Program-made: the position numbers and the translations under genes
Origin: a virus
Lineage: Duplodnaviria > Caudoviricetes
IMG/VR virus record: IMGVR_UViG_3300025168_000213
Span: 1 to 39,809 of that record
Reading direction: 5' to 3' (one strand)
Length of the DNA: 39,809 nucleotides
Shown: positions 25,214 to 36,700 of the stretch, in pieces
Layout: every line of letters begins with the position of its first letter
Numbering within the stretch: position 1 is the first letter of the stretch
The notes under the pieces: generated by a model
Database searches by the model: none
What the model saw: only the letters and a program-made list of their open reading frames with translations
What the model was told of the DNA's origin: nothing

Positions 25214-26169
25214 AGTGGGTTGATATAATTGATAGAACATTGTTACCCTTTGAATCTAGAAAGGGACAATTGGATATAAGGGCAGGAAAATACTTAGATG
25301 AAGCGATGGAAGACTTTTCACTCTATACGAAGTGTCATGTACGAAAGTTTAATATTTATATATCAACCGACAAAACATTTATTACCTTACCTGATGACTT
25401 TGTTGAGATGGTTGACACTCCTGTTTTTCGGGGTAGGTATTTAGACCGCAGAGCTAGTAATGCATATCTCTTTAATCAAGATACAGCAACAAATAGATTT
25501 AATACAGGTACTCCACAGGAGTATTATTTAGAAGATAGAAGGTTACATTTAATACCGAGACCCTCGCAAGCTGGAGTTTTAACTCTTACTTATATTGCAG
25601 TTCCAAAATCTTTAAGGGGAAAAACAGATTTAAAGAAAGTAAGGTTTGATAATTTAGTGTCAGAATTTTTTAGACCAGGAAATGATATTAAATCAAGACC
25701 AGGAGCATCAAACACAACATCTACAACTGGTAAGATAGAGGTTGCAGAACATCATGAGCCATTAGGTGGCAGTTTAATTATATCAGGTGTAACAAATGGT
25801 TTTACAACTGATAATGAAGATTTATTTAGTGCAAATCCTGAAACTGGATATTGGGAGACATTGCATGGTTCAAGTTGGTCCAGTATAACTACCACTTGGA
25901 ATAATTTAGGATTTGGTGGCATTGCCACTGTTAATGGAGTCCAATTTTCATACACTGAAGAAGAACCTGTCATTCCGAGTATATATCACTATGCATTAGT
26001 CGATTATGCAAAAGCTATGATTCATCAAGATATGGGGAATCTAAAAGCTTTTAATAACCATTATACTCTTTATGTAGCGAGTAGAGAAAAAGGAAGAACT
26101 ACAAGCGCAAATTCAGATTCAGGGGGAATGACATATGTAGCCGATAGGGTTGCAAACGGTAGCATGTAG
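25210..26169 (+). CDS. Second adaptor-like structural protein
   Basis: TLPDDF, GTPQEYY, LHLIPRP and IPSIYHYALVDYA adaptor motifs with an internal insertion. Confidence 0.6.
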   Translation: MKWVDIIDRTLLPFESRKGQLDIRAGKYLDEAMEDFSLYTKCHVRKFNIYISTDKTFITLPDDFVEMVDTPVFRGRYLDRRASNAYLFNQDTATNRFNTGTPQEYYLEDRRLHLIPRPSQAGVLTLTYIAVPKSLRGKTDLKKVRFDNLVSEFFRPGNDIKSRPGASNTTSTTGKIEVAEHHEPLGGSLIISGVTNGFTTDNEDLFSANPETGYWETLHGSSWSSITTTWNNLGFGGIATVNGVQFSYTEEEPVIPSIYHYALVDYAKAMIHQDMGNLKAFNNHYTLYVASREKGRTTSANSDSGGMTYVADRVANGSM

Positions 26170-29100
26170 TGCTTACTAAGATAGACACATTTCAAAACGG
26201 GATAGCTACAAATGCAGACCCAGGAGACTTAGGAACTGAATATTCTTTAGTAACTCAAAACTTCTTATTAGACCAACCAGGTAGATTAGTTAAAAGACCA
26301 GGGAGAAGTGCTGCGGTAACTATAAACTCAACAAATTTTGATAATCTTATTTATTGGTCCCCAAGCAATCTGAAGATTGATGGTACTGCTGTAGATAGTA
26401 AATGGATTGGATACGATGCAACTGCAAACAAACTAAAATTTCTACCAAGTAATATTACTGGCGGTGTTACTTCTACTGATTTGGGAACGTCATACTCCTC
26501 AAACATCCCTGATGAATTTGAATTGCAAGACCATGGAATGGAATTTCGTTTTGCACCTGATAACATAAATCATAAACCAAAAATTCTACAACATATAAGT
26601 CGTAAGTTTTTTGGGGATGCTTATGATGTAGAAAGCCAGTCTACAGGATACAGGGTAGATGAATATGTATTTCAAGATGCTTATCCCATTTCTCCAACAG
26701 ATACTCAACTAGCCCCTGGTACTATTGGTGTTTTAGCCTCAGCTGCAGGTATGTCAGTTACAAACAATAAAACATACAATTATAAGTTTAGCCCAGTTTA
26801 TGACGGTATTCAAGAATTGCCATTAGGAGAAAGTTATATTACAAAATCTGTAACGGATGCTAATTCAGCCTTAAAAGTCCCATTTATTATTTATGCAGGT
26901 TACCTGAGTAACCCTACTGGAACAGCTCCAAATAAAACATACCCAATTAATCCTAGAATGACATCTGTTAAAGTATATCGTGAAAGCGAAAATAGCGGTA
27001 CTTATTTTCATATAGGTAGTGTACCAATTAGTAGGAGTTCAGAAACAGCTATTGCTGACGAACCTGTATCTAAAAGCGCTGTATTAAATAGTAAGAAGGC
27101 TATATACTCTGATTATTTTGTATCTAACTACTCTAGCTTAATTAGTAGTACAGGAGTTTTTAGTAGTCCTAATGTTACAATAGATACTGATAATGTTACC
27201 GCAGTTCGTTGGTACTATGCACTAAGAACAAATACATCTGCAAGTAGGGGTTCTGACGATAAAAGCTACGATAAAGGTCAAGTTTTATGGATTTCTGCTG
27301 GAGCTGTAACTGGTAGTAATGGAACCACATATTCAGCTACTTTTGATAATGGACCATTAGACAGTAATCAATTCAAAGCAGACCTACAAAAAGGTTTTAT
27401 AAATGTGGATGAGCGAAATGGTGCAAGTGGTCCTGGGGTATCTTTAAACGAGACAAGCCAAACATCGACAGCTCCACATTATATATTTAATGATGGTAGT
27501 ACTAGTATCATTACAAAGTGGCTCTATTATGAAACCACTTCTAATAGTGGAACATTTCATGCCTTAACTCCTGCTCAAGCTGGTGTAGGGTCTCACACAG
27601 AACATCAAAATGTCTTAAATATATGTTGGCACAATAGAGGTTTGGTCTTTCCTAATATAGCTAACGACAGACGGTGGTCAAAAAACCAAGCAAATGGTTT
27701 TGTTGTTTATAACGGTGACATTACAACTGTAATTGAAGAAAGCATTGGTAAAGCTGTTAAGGTAGTTAATAATGCGCAATTCGGAAATTTAGTCCATCCA
27801 TATGTAAATGTTCCAATAATTAATTTTATAGAGGGAGCATCAGGGACACCTGTAGATGCAAAAACAAAAGTAGTACTAAAATCAGGAATCGCTCACGGTT
27901 TATCTACTGGTGATAGTATTGCCATAACTGGATGTATTAGGGGCGACTTTAATGGTACGTTTACTGTGACCGTTTATAATGCCGAATTATATATAAACTA
28001 TGATTATGATACAGTGGTTTTAGACCAAGATTTATTTGGTACAAATACTGTTTTTAATATTGCATCAAGTACAGCAAAGGTCAGCAGATATTTACAAAAA
28101 AGTTTTAGCACTACAACACAATTTGTTTTTATGGATACTGGATTGACTAACGGTTCACAGCAGCCATTTATAGATGAATTAAAGACAAAAGTCAATTATA
28201 AGTATAGTCAAATGATGGGGAACAGGTTGTTTGTTGGTAATGTGAAACTAGACCCTGAAGGTTTAGATGAGAACCATCCTGATTGGATTATATATAGTGA
28301 ATGGGGTATGCCTGATGTATTACCAGCTGTAAACTATATTCAAATAAAAGACCAGCAGGGCGGTGAAATAGTATCTATGAATAAGATATTAGACTCATTA
28401 GTTGTGTTTATGACTAGAGGTGTTTACAGGCTTGATGTTGGATCAGGAGATAACCCAACAAACTGGTCCTTATTAGAATCTGATGAGAATAGAGGACTTG
28501 TGTCAACAAAGGGAGTAGCAAGAGTAAAAGATAGTTTATACTTTTGTTCTTCTAGTGGTATTTACAAAATAACACCTGACTTTAGGTTTACTGAAATATC
28601 AGAACCTATTAATGACGTATATCAGAATACATCAAACTTAGACAAAAGTAGGTTATTCTATGATGTAAAGAGAGATAGAATTCTCTGCAGGTTTGGTAAT
28701 GAAACACAGACTATTTATGTCTTTAATGTTAAAAACTCATCCTGGTCTACGTTAAAATTTTCAGCTACACCTAGTCTTTTTTATAGCAGCAATGATGCAC
28801 TAGATACATTTGGTTTCAGGCATACATCACCTGAGATAGGTGCATCTGCATTAATGATTCATGAATTGCATAGTAGTAGTCCTAGCGAATCAATGGATAT
28901 TGAATACAAAACTGGCTTTATGCCGCTTACCGATATAAATAGAAAATCTATTATTAGAAGAATGAACTTGAATTATGAGTCAAGTACTGCTCTGACATGT
29001 AAGCTGTATGCAGATGGGGATGAAACCACTCTTTTAGATACTCTTACTTTTCCTGCAAATAATGTAAGTAAAGATTACCTGGTAAGTATTAAACCAGGTG

Positions 29101-29192
29101 GGATAAGAGCAAAAACATTACAAGTAAAGATAAATGCAAATTCAAACACAAATGTAAAAATTAACAAACTGGAAATAGAATCTGATGAGTAG
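26169..29192 (+). CDS. Tail nozzle / stabilisation protein (tail tubular B / P22 gp10-like)
   Basis: N-terminal FQNGI...NFLLDQPGRLVKRPG; C-terminal beta-propeller-type motifs; inserted AHGLSTGD...FNGTFTVT module. Confidence 0.75.
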   Translation: MLTKIDTFQNGIATNADPGDLGTEYSLVTQNFLLDQPGRLVKRPGRSAAVTINSTNFDNLIYWSPSNLKIDGTAVDSKWIGYDATANKLKFLPSNITGGVTSTDLGTSYSSNIPDEFELQDHGMEFRFAPDNINHKPKILQHISRKFFGDAYDVESQSTGYRVDEYVFQDAYPISPTDTQLAPGTIGVLASAAGMSVTNNKTYNYKFSPVYDGIQELPLGESYITKSVTDANSALKVPFIIYAGYLSNPTGTAPNKTYPINPRMTSVKVYRESENSGTYFHIGSVPISRSSETAIADEPVSKSAVLNSKKAIYSDYFVSNYSSLISSTGVFSSPNVTIDTDNVTAVRWYYALRTNTSASRGSDDKSYDKGQVLWISAGAVTGSNGTTYSATFDNGPLDSNQFKADLQKGFINVDERNGASGPGVSLNETSQTSTAPHYIFNDGSTSIITKWLYYETTSNSGTFHALTPAQAGVGSHTEHQNVLNICWHNRGLVFPNIANDRRWSKNQANGFVVYNGDITTVIEESIGKAVKVVNNAQFGNLVHPYVNVPIINFIEGASGTPVDAKTKVVLKSGIAHGLSTGDSIAITGCIRGDFNGTFTVTVYNAELYINYDYDTVVLDQDLFGTNTVFNIASSTAKVSRYLQKSFSTTTQFVFMDTGLTNGSQQPFIDELKTKVNYKYSQMMGNRLFVGNVKLDPEGLDENHPDWIIYSEWGMPDVLPAVNYIQIKDQQGGEIVSMNKILDSLVVFMTRGVYRLDVGSGDNPTNWSLLESDENRGLVSTKGVARVKDSLYFCSSSGIYKITPDFRFTEISEPINDVYQNTSNLDKSRLFYDVKRDRILCRFGNETQTIYVFNVKNSSWSTLKFSATPSLFYSSNDALDTFGFRHTSPEIGASALMIHELHSSSPSESMDIEYKTGFMPLTDINRKSIIRRMNLNYESSTALTCKLYADGDETTLLDTLTFPANNVSKDYLVSIKPGGIRAKTLQVKINANSNTNVKINKLEIESDE

Positions 29193-29445
29193 AGTAAAAT
29201 TTAAAGATAGATTGATTGATAAGGGTATCAGTCAATTAGTAAAGAATGTAAATCAAAAAGCCCCAATGACTAGGGTTACAACTGGATTAGTAACCCCTCA
29301 AGACATAAGTCCAGGTGAATTTGTTTTCACTTCAGTAAATGCAGGTCAAGAAGGCCCTTCCTCACCTACTAGTGACGAATCAAGGATTTACTTTAAAGAT
29401 AAAGGCGGTAACACTTTCGTGTTTACTGGAACAAAGGTACAATAA
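29185..29445 (+). CDS. Hypothetical tail-associated protein
   Basis: Overlapping start in the structural operon. Confidence 0.6.
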   Translation: MSRVKFKDRLIDKGISQLVKNVNQKAPMTRVTTGLVTPQDISPGEFVFTSVNAGQEGPSSPTSDESRIYFKDKGGNTFVFTGTKVQ

Positions 29446-30072
29446 ATGGCTATACCAGCAGCAGTATATGGGTTAGCAATGGCAGCCCCAGGAATTATAA
29501 AAGGTGTTAAAGGTTTAATGACTAAAGCACCTCAGCAAAAAATATCCAATGATACAACATCATATTTAAACAAGTTAAGGCAGGTATCTAAAGAAGGTTT
29601 ATACGGTCAAGACGTTAAGAATGAAGTTGGAACTGACTTAGCTCAAAAAACAGATATGACTAATCGCTCTATTATTAACAATGCCACAAGGACAGGTGTT
29701 GAAAATAGTGGTGTTGTAGCGCAGCAATTACTTCAGTCAGGAGGTCAAAGCACATTAGCATTGGCAAGGATGGCAAAACAAATTGCTCAAAAAAATGAGG
29801 AATCAAAGCTGCAAGCTCAGGGCCAAGCTGCTTCTGTTGGTCAATCTATAAGTGACATTAAATACCAAAATGCTTTAGCAAGACAGCAAAGAGGTGATGA
29901 TATTGCTGATAGTTTTGGATCCGCAATTTCAAGTGGTGTCACTGGTTTTAATGACCAAAGAAATACAAATCTTAATTACGACATTAAAAAGACTCAACAA
30001 AATTATGACGGGGCCTCAACTGACCCAAAGTTTCTTCAGTGGTTGCAGAGTCTAGGGGCTAAACCATTATAA
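29446..30072 (+). CDS. Putative ejection (internal virion) protein
   Basis: Hydrophobic Ala/Gly N-terminus and Q/A-rich helices; podovirus ejection-gene position. Confidence 0.6.
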   Translation: MAIPAAVYGLAMAAPGIIKGVKGLMTKAPQQKISNDTTSYLNKLRQVSKEGLYGQDVKNEVGTDLAQKTDMTNRSIINNATRTGVENSGVVAQQLLQSGGQSTLALARMAKQIAQKNEESKLQAQGQAASVGQSISDIKYQNALARQQRGDDIADSFGSAISSGVTGFNDQRNTNLNYDIKKTQQNYDGASTDPKFLQWLQSLGAKPL

Positions 30073-30794
30073 TGTCTTATTTAAACGCTTTATTAAAAAG
30101 ACAGGAAGGTGCTAGAATAGGTGACAAACAAACTGACATAGGTAAGAGTGAGTTGTCCCCCGAAAAAATGAAAGAGTATCAAGCTATGTTCGATTCATTT
30201 AGTCCTGGTCAAAAAGCAAAACTTCAAGAATTAGCAAAAAAACAATCTGCACCTACTGCTGAAGCAAAGACTAATAATCTAAGGAATGAAAATCAAGCCA
30301 AACTAGCAAGTCAGCAAGCTACGAAAGATAGAACAGTTCAGAATAAAAGAACTGATGATAATATGAAAATGCAGACAAAGTTGAAACAAAGACTTGCACA
30401 GGCAGAGATAAGAAACCGAGCAGCACAGGCAAAAGCAGATGCTGCGACCCAAAAAGAGAAAAGTAAAATAAATATACCTCTTAATGAATACTTTATGGAA
30501 TTAGAAAAAGCTGGATTAGACGATTACGATAGAAGATATGACGATGGTATAAGTATAGATGCACCTGATTCATCCCTCTATCCTATTCAGAATAAAGCTT
30601 TTCTAGATAACAGAATTAGGGCCGATAAGCTTTCTCAAATGAAGGCTCAAGATAAACTTAATACTGCTCTAGAAAAAGCCATTCTAAAATATGGAGAACG
30701 GGAAGGTATACAATATCTGATAGAAAATGGAGTGCCTGAAAAAGCAGTCGAAGAGCTTCTTGGCGAAAGTCTTGAAGATATTCTTGGTGGATAG
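30072..30794 (+). CDS. Putative ejection protein
   Basis: Coiled coil; position. Confidence 0.55.
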   Translation: MSYLNALLKRQEGARIGDKQTDIGKSELSPEKMKEYQAMFDSFSPGQKAKLQELAKKQSAPTAEAKTNNLRNENQAKLASQQATKDRTVQNKRTDDNMKMQTKLKQRLAQAEIRNRAAQAKADAATQKEKSKINIPLNEYFMELEKAGLDDYDRRYDDGISIDAPDSSLYPIQNKAFLDNRIRADKLSQMKAQDKLNTALEKAILKYGEREGIQYLIENGVPEKAVEELLGESLEDILGG

Positions 30795-30796
30795 AT

Positions 30797-33700
30797 ATGG
30801 ATAAAGCACAAAGAAAAAGACTTCTTGGTTATCTTAAAGAGTTAAACCAACCTGAAGAAGAAAAAGAACTGGGTTTAGTCGATGAAATACTGAAGAAAGG
30901 GGATGACCCTGAATTTGCAGTAGAGCCTGAAGATAAATTCGGTAATCCTAAGCAGCTAAAAACTATTGTCTCTCTAAGAAAGCAAGGTTTTGACAATAGC
31001 AGGATTTTCAAAGCTATGGAGATTGAGGCAGCTGAACAAGAAAGTGTAAAAACTCAACAGCCATTACCAGCCCAGGAAAGCCCTAAAGCGGAATTATTGG
31101 CTGAAGAAGATAGTATTTGGGACAACCTAACAAAGCCTTTGCATGCAATGTTTATGGGTGGTACTGGTAAAATGACTGGAGGTAACCTTTTGAGGACTTT
31201 AGGTACATCCACTCCAAAAGATAAAAAAATAGTGCATTCTAATAAGGCAGGATATGGAATCGTTCAACAAGAGAAAGTAACAAGGGAACAGGCATTAGAA
31301 AGAACATTTGATAACCCTCTATTTAAACAGGGTAGTATGATGGTTGCTAGTGGCTTAGAAGATTTTGCTAATCGCCCTGACTTGCGACAGAATAACGATA
31401 TTTTTGATTATAGCTGGTATGAACCAAAATTTATTAGTAAAGCTATTGGTGGAGCAGTACCAAGTATATTACAGGTAATGGCCCCAGCAATAGCTACAAC
31501 AGTAATTACAAAAAACCCAGTCGCTGGAATGGCAGTGGCAATGTCTGCTGGCTTTGGTATAGAAACTGCTGGCATGATGGAGACAGCTTTAGAGAACGGT
31601 ATATCTCCAATAGATGCAAGAAATGTAGCAATGACAGTTGGTACTATTAATGCTATGTTTACAAGTATACCAGCCTATAGCTTATTTAAAAAAGTTGGTA
31701 TAGGTACAAAACCTATAAATGATTTAATAATTAAGGGTTTAATTAGTAAGGGGGCTTTTGCTAAGGGAGTATCTAAAAAAGCCTTTGTCCAAGGAACTAC
31801 AGAAGTTATTGAAGAGTTATTGCAGGAAAGTACAAATATCATTGCTGAAGAAACCCAGTTAGGTATTGAATCAACCGTAGAAGAAAAAATAAAAAGACTT
31901 CAGGCAGCAGGAATCGGTGGTTATGCAGTAGGTACAACATTAGGTATAGGATCAGCAGTCACCCAACAGGCAAACGAAACTAATGTTGCATTAGTGGAAG
32001 ATGCTGTAAAAGAAAAACAATCCATACAAACTTTGGCAAAAGAAATTAATGATGATGCGGCAAATGATTATAAGATTGAATATGATGCAAGTAATAATGG
32101 GGTCCAGGAAATATCAGAAGATGAAATTGTAGCTAGTGGCTACGATATCGAATTAAACAAATTAGAAGTAATAAGGGAAGATGAAAATGGAAACAAATTC
32201 TACGCAGTCAAAGTTAAAGGCGAGACAGATTCTAAAGGCGGTATCAAACTCACCAGCGCAGCGGATCGAAGCACAGTTCTCGAAGAAACAGTCGAATTCA
32301 GAATTAAACAGCTCCAAAATGAAAAAGGAGCCGAAGAAAACCAACTCTTAAACAAAATCAAAACTTGGGCGAAGTCTGTCAGAAAAAAGGCTTCAGAAAT
32401 GGGGTATAACGTCCGTTTTGCCGACACAGATGAAGGTAACCTTGAGTTATTTTCTGATGCGATTGTATATGGTAAAGGTGGCTTTACAGGGCTATCGGAA
32501 GATTTATCGCAAGCAATTTACATTCCTGACGATATTTCTAACGAATTTATCCAAAATATGGGAAAAATGTCTGATGGTAGAGATATTTTTGACATGTTAA
32601 AAAGTGAAGATGGTGGTTTGAAAACAAATCAAGAATTTTCCCAGGCAGTTGATGAAGATATAAAAAGTCAAATGGGTAAAGAGTCTAAGAAAACAATCCC
32701 CCCACCAAAATCAAAACCAACTGCAAAATCTAAGCTGCAGAAAAAAACCAAACAAATGGTCCCAGGTGAAAATACTAAAACACCAGCGTTTCAAAATTGG
32801 CTTGGTAAATCAGTTTTAAAAGATGAATTATTTGAACCTATAGTAATGTATCATGGGACCAACGAAAACTTTGATGAGTTCATGCCAATGACTTATATGT
32901 CATCTAGTCCTGAAGTAGGTAATTTTTATGCTAGGGACCATAGAGGTGAAAGGCAAAACCCTGGAACTAATGATGATGGGCAAGTTTATCCAGTATATGC
33001 AAGAATAGAAAATCCATTTGATTTTCATAGTGATAGAATTGATTTAGGCGAACAATTTGATTTTAATGAATTTATTTTTGAAGTCAATTCAAAACTTAAG
33101 CAGGATGGTAAAGAGTCACTAACAGAAGAACAAACACAACAAATATTTGATAATTTTTTAGGCAACAATCAACTTGAAGAATACACTCAGGGGCCTTCTA
33201 AATTCACTCCAATTGAAACTGATGAAGAAATATTAAAAAGTAGGACATTTAATGCTTTTAAATTTATAGATTTAAATCTATCTCTAGCTGATGCATTGGA
33301 ATCCAGGGGTTATGATGGTATCAAGGCGAATGAATTTATCCTGGAAGAAGAAAATCCAAAAGTATATATAGCATTTGAACCTAATCAAATTAAATCAGCA
33401 TTTAACCAAGGTACCTTTGACCCTAATGATGGAAACATATCTTACCAGCTAGAACCAGCAGTCATTAAGAAGGCTGTTAGTCTGTATCCAAATATTGATA
33501 AGGATACTGGGAAGGCTGGAAGTAAAGCAGAACGAATTAATAGATTTTTAGGTCGTTTAACAACTAGGGTCACAAAAGAAAATCCAATACCAAAACCTAT
33601 ACCTCTAAATAAACAAGCTGGTTCACCAAAGAATAAAAGTGCTAGGCGAGTTGAATTAAAAAATGGTTCTATTATATATATTGGTGCGGAAAAAACTTCT

Positions 33701-36700
33701 GACCAGTGGATAGAACAGGTAAACAGTGTACTGACCCAAAAAGAACAAGAAACTGCCGCTAATTGGTATGAGGAAGCCTACCCAACATTTGTAGAGCATT
33801 TTGGAGAAGAAAAAGCTGTACCTCATATGGTTGCCTGGTTAATGGGGAATGTAAATGCAAGTCCACAACAAGCTTTATCAAATATGTTTTTAGGAGCAGA
33901 ACAATTAAGCTCAGATTTGGCATCATTTAAATCTGCTGGTTTACCTTTAGCAGCTAAAAATGTAGAACTTCTTTTATCAGGTTTTGGGACAGAAGTAAAT
34001 GCTGGTGCCAAGTTATACGATTTCTTAGATAGTGCATTAGGAAAAACAACTAGAACTGTAATGAAAGATGATGAGAAAGCTGGCAGTGCAGTAGCTGACG
34101 ATAGACATACAAACAGAGATATTGGTTTTGTGGATGCCACATTGTATGATGCAATGATGAGATTAGGAGTTGATGTTAATCAGGTAAAGGGCATTCGTAT
34201 TGACCAAAAAAGAACATATAAAAAGGTATATGATAAAAAAGGAAGGCCAGTCAGAAATAAAGATGGAACCCATAAGAAAAAAGGCAGTGTTCCTGGTCCT
34301 ACCGAAACACAGTATGAATGGGGTGTCCAAAAGTTCAACCAGTTAAGTAGGGATATAAATAGCAGTGGTTATATGGGTGGTAAGTTAAAGACCTGGCAGC
34401 ATCAGGCTATTGGTTGGACCGCTATAGCCAGGGCAATTGAGACAAGCGATGGAATGAGTATCCCTGATAGTTTTAGAAGTCAAAAACCTACTATTAGTTT
34501 TGAATTGGCATTTGGTACAGGCACTCCTTTTAGACAAAAATATGGTGAGGCTTTTGATGCATTACCACTTAATGAAAAACAAAAATTAACCAAGGAAGTA
34601 ACAGAAGAGTTAGCTAAAGGAATAGCTAAAGACATAGGCTTAAAAGTAACTAGTATCTCAGGTGATGCAGTTGGGGGTTGGGGAGATGCAACAAACCCAA
34701 GTACTTCTATAGGTGTAATGGGTAGCGATCAGGCAATTCAAGGGATGATAGATTCTTTTGGTTACTGTTGTGAACAGGATGGTATTGGTAGACTAAAAAC
34801 AGTTCATGGTAGCGATGGTTTGGGATTCTTATACATGTCTGATGCTTTTGCTGATAATGCAATTGTAAAAAGGGTTTGGGATATTTTAAGAAAAAATACA
34901 GATGATATTTATTCTCCTGGATTTTCCTTTACAATGTTAAATGACCCTGAATTAGGTATTGAAAATATGGCCACATTAATGGTCGGAACCAAACAGACTA
35001 GAAGTCAAACTGGTAAGGCTATGGACCAAATTAATAATGCTTTGGAAATAATTAGGGAAGAATTAGAAATAGAAGTAGATTGTAAAGGTTCTAACGTACA
35101 ATATAAGGAATTTAAAAATGACTGGACGGACAAAAAAACAAGCGAAGGACAAGGCTACTCGACTTCAATTCGTGAGTCCTTCGGCATCAATTTACAACAG
35201 CGACTCGACAATCATCATAAACCCAGGGTCGAAAAAAGAATCCAAGATGCCCTCAAGCGACAAGCAAATAAAGAAAGAAGAACCTACCAGCTAGTACCCG
35301 ATCCCGACTATGCTGCTGAAGTTGATGCAGCTGAAAAAGTCAATGAAGGTCAAACTCTTGACCCTTCTGACACCACTATATCTGACCATTTATTAACTAG
35401 TATATTCGATAAATTACATCCTGTCGTTAAATGGCAGAAAGATGTCGTAGACCAATTTTTAGGTGATGCCAGGATACGAGACCAGCACAATGTAGCATTA
35501 GCTGCCGAGTTGTATGTTGGAAAAGTATCAGAAAAACTTGTCGATTTCGATAAGGATATTTTAAATATAAATGAATCAAGTAGCTTTGTACGAAGATTGA
35601 CTGATTCAGATATTACGATAGAAGATTTTAATTTATACTTACATGCTCTTCATGCAGCAGAAAGAAATGCACATATCTCCGATATAAATGAAGATATGTC
35701 TGATGGTGGTAGTGGTATGACCAGTAACCAGGCACGAGAGCTAAAAAAATCTCTTAATAAAAAATATGGCCTAAAAAAGATAAAAGCTTTTGCGAAAGAA
35801 TTTCATGAAAAGGTAACACAACCAATTCTTGAATTAAGATATGAAAACGGTTTAATTGATGAAGACTCTTATAATAATTTAAAATCTAAATATAAAAACT
35901 ACGTTCCTTTATTCAGGGTAATGAACGATACAGAAGCTGTATTGGATGTAGGTGCGAAAATGTCAAAAGCTTATCAAGGCCCTGAAAGCTTTGATGTAAA
36001 AGGACAAGAATTCTTTAAAGCTAAGGGCAGTAAAAGAGAAGTTAAAAACATTTTAGTATCTGCTGTTGAGCAATACCAAAGCTCTATTATAAGAGCAGAA
36101 AAAAATCTAGTAAATCAGCGATTACTAAATTTAACTGAAGCATATCCAAGTGAAGCTTATGAAGTAAAAGGTGTCCAGTATAAACCTCAATACAATAAAG
36201 ATGGCGAAATCCAGTTTATGGATGAAAGAAGGGTTATAAAAGATTCTGATGGAAATCAAATACCTGATAACCAGGTCATACATGTAAAAGTAGATGGTAA
36301 GACCAAGCAAATAATCTTTAAAGGTGAATATGGTGCCAGGATAGCTAAAAGTATGAGGGACATGGGTACATCTAAGTCTATACCATATTTAAACAATTTT
36401 AATAACTACTTACGTTATGTGAACACTATATACAATCCTGAATTTATGGTTACAAACTTTATGAGGGATATACAAACTGCAGGTATCAATATTAGTGCGG
36501 AACAGGGCAACACGGTATTAGCGCAGGCATTGAGTCCTAAGAATCTTAAAGATGCCTGGAAAGGTGTTTACCAAGTAGTTCAGAAGAAAGATACAGAGGG
36601 TGAATGGGCTGAATACTACGAAAGACTAAGAAAAGCTGGCGGTAAAACTGGATTTTTTGATGTGGAAAGCATTGAAGATAAATTAGAAAAGTTAGAAAAA

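Noticed and set aside
32418-32600. Third +1-frame ORF in the giant gene
   Set aside because: TTG start without an SD, shadow-like composition, and a weaker codon shift than the two reported.
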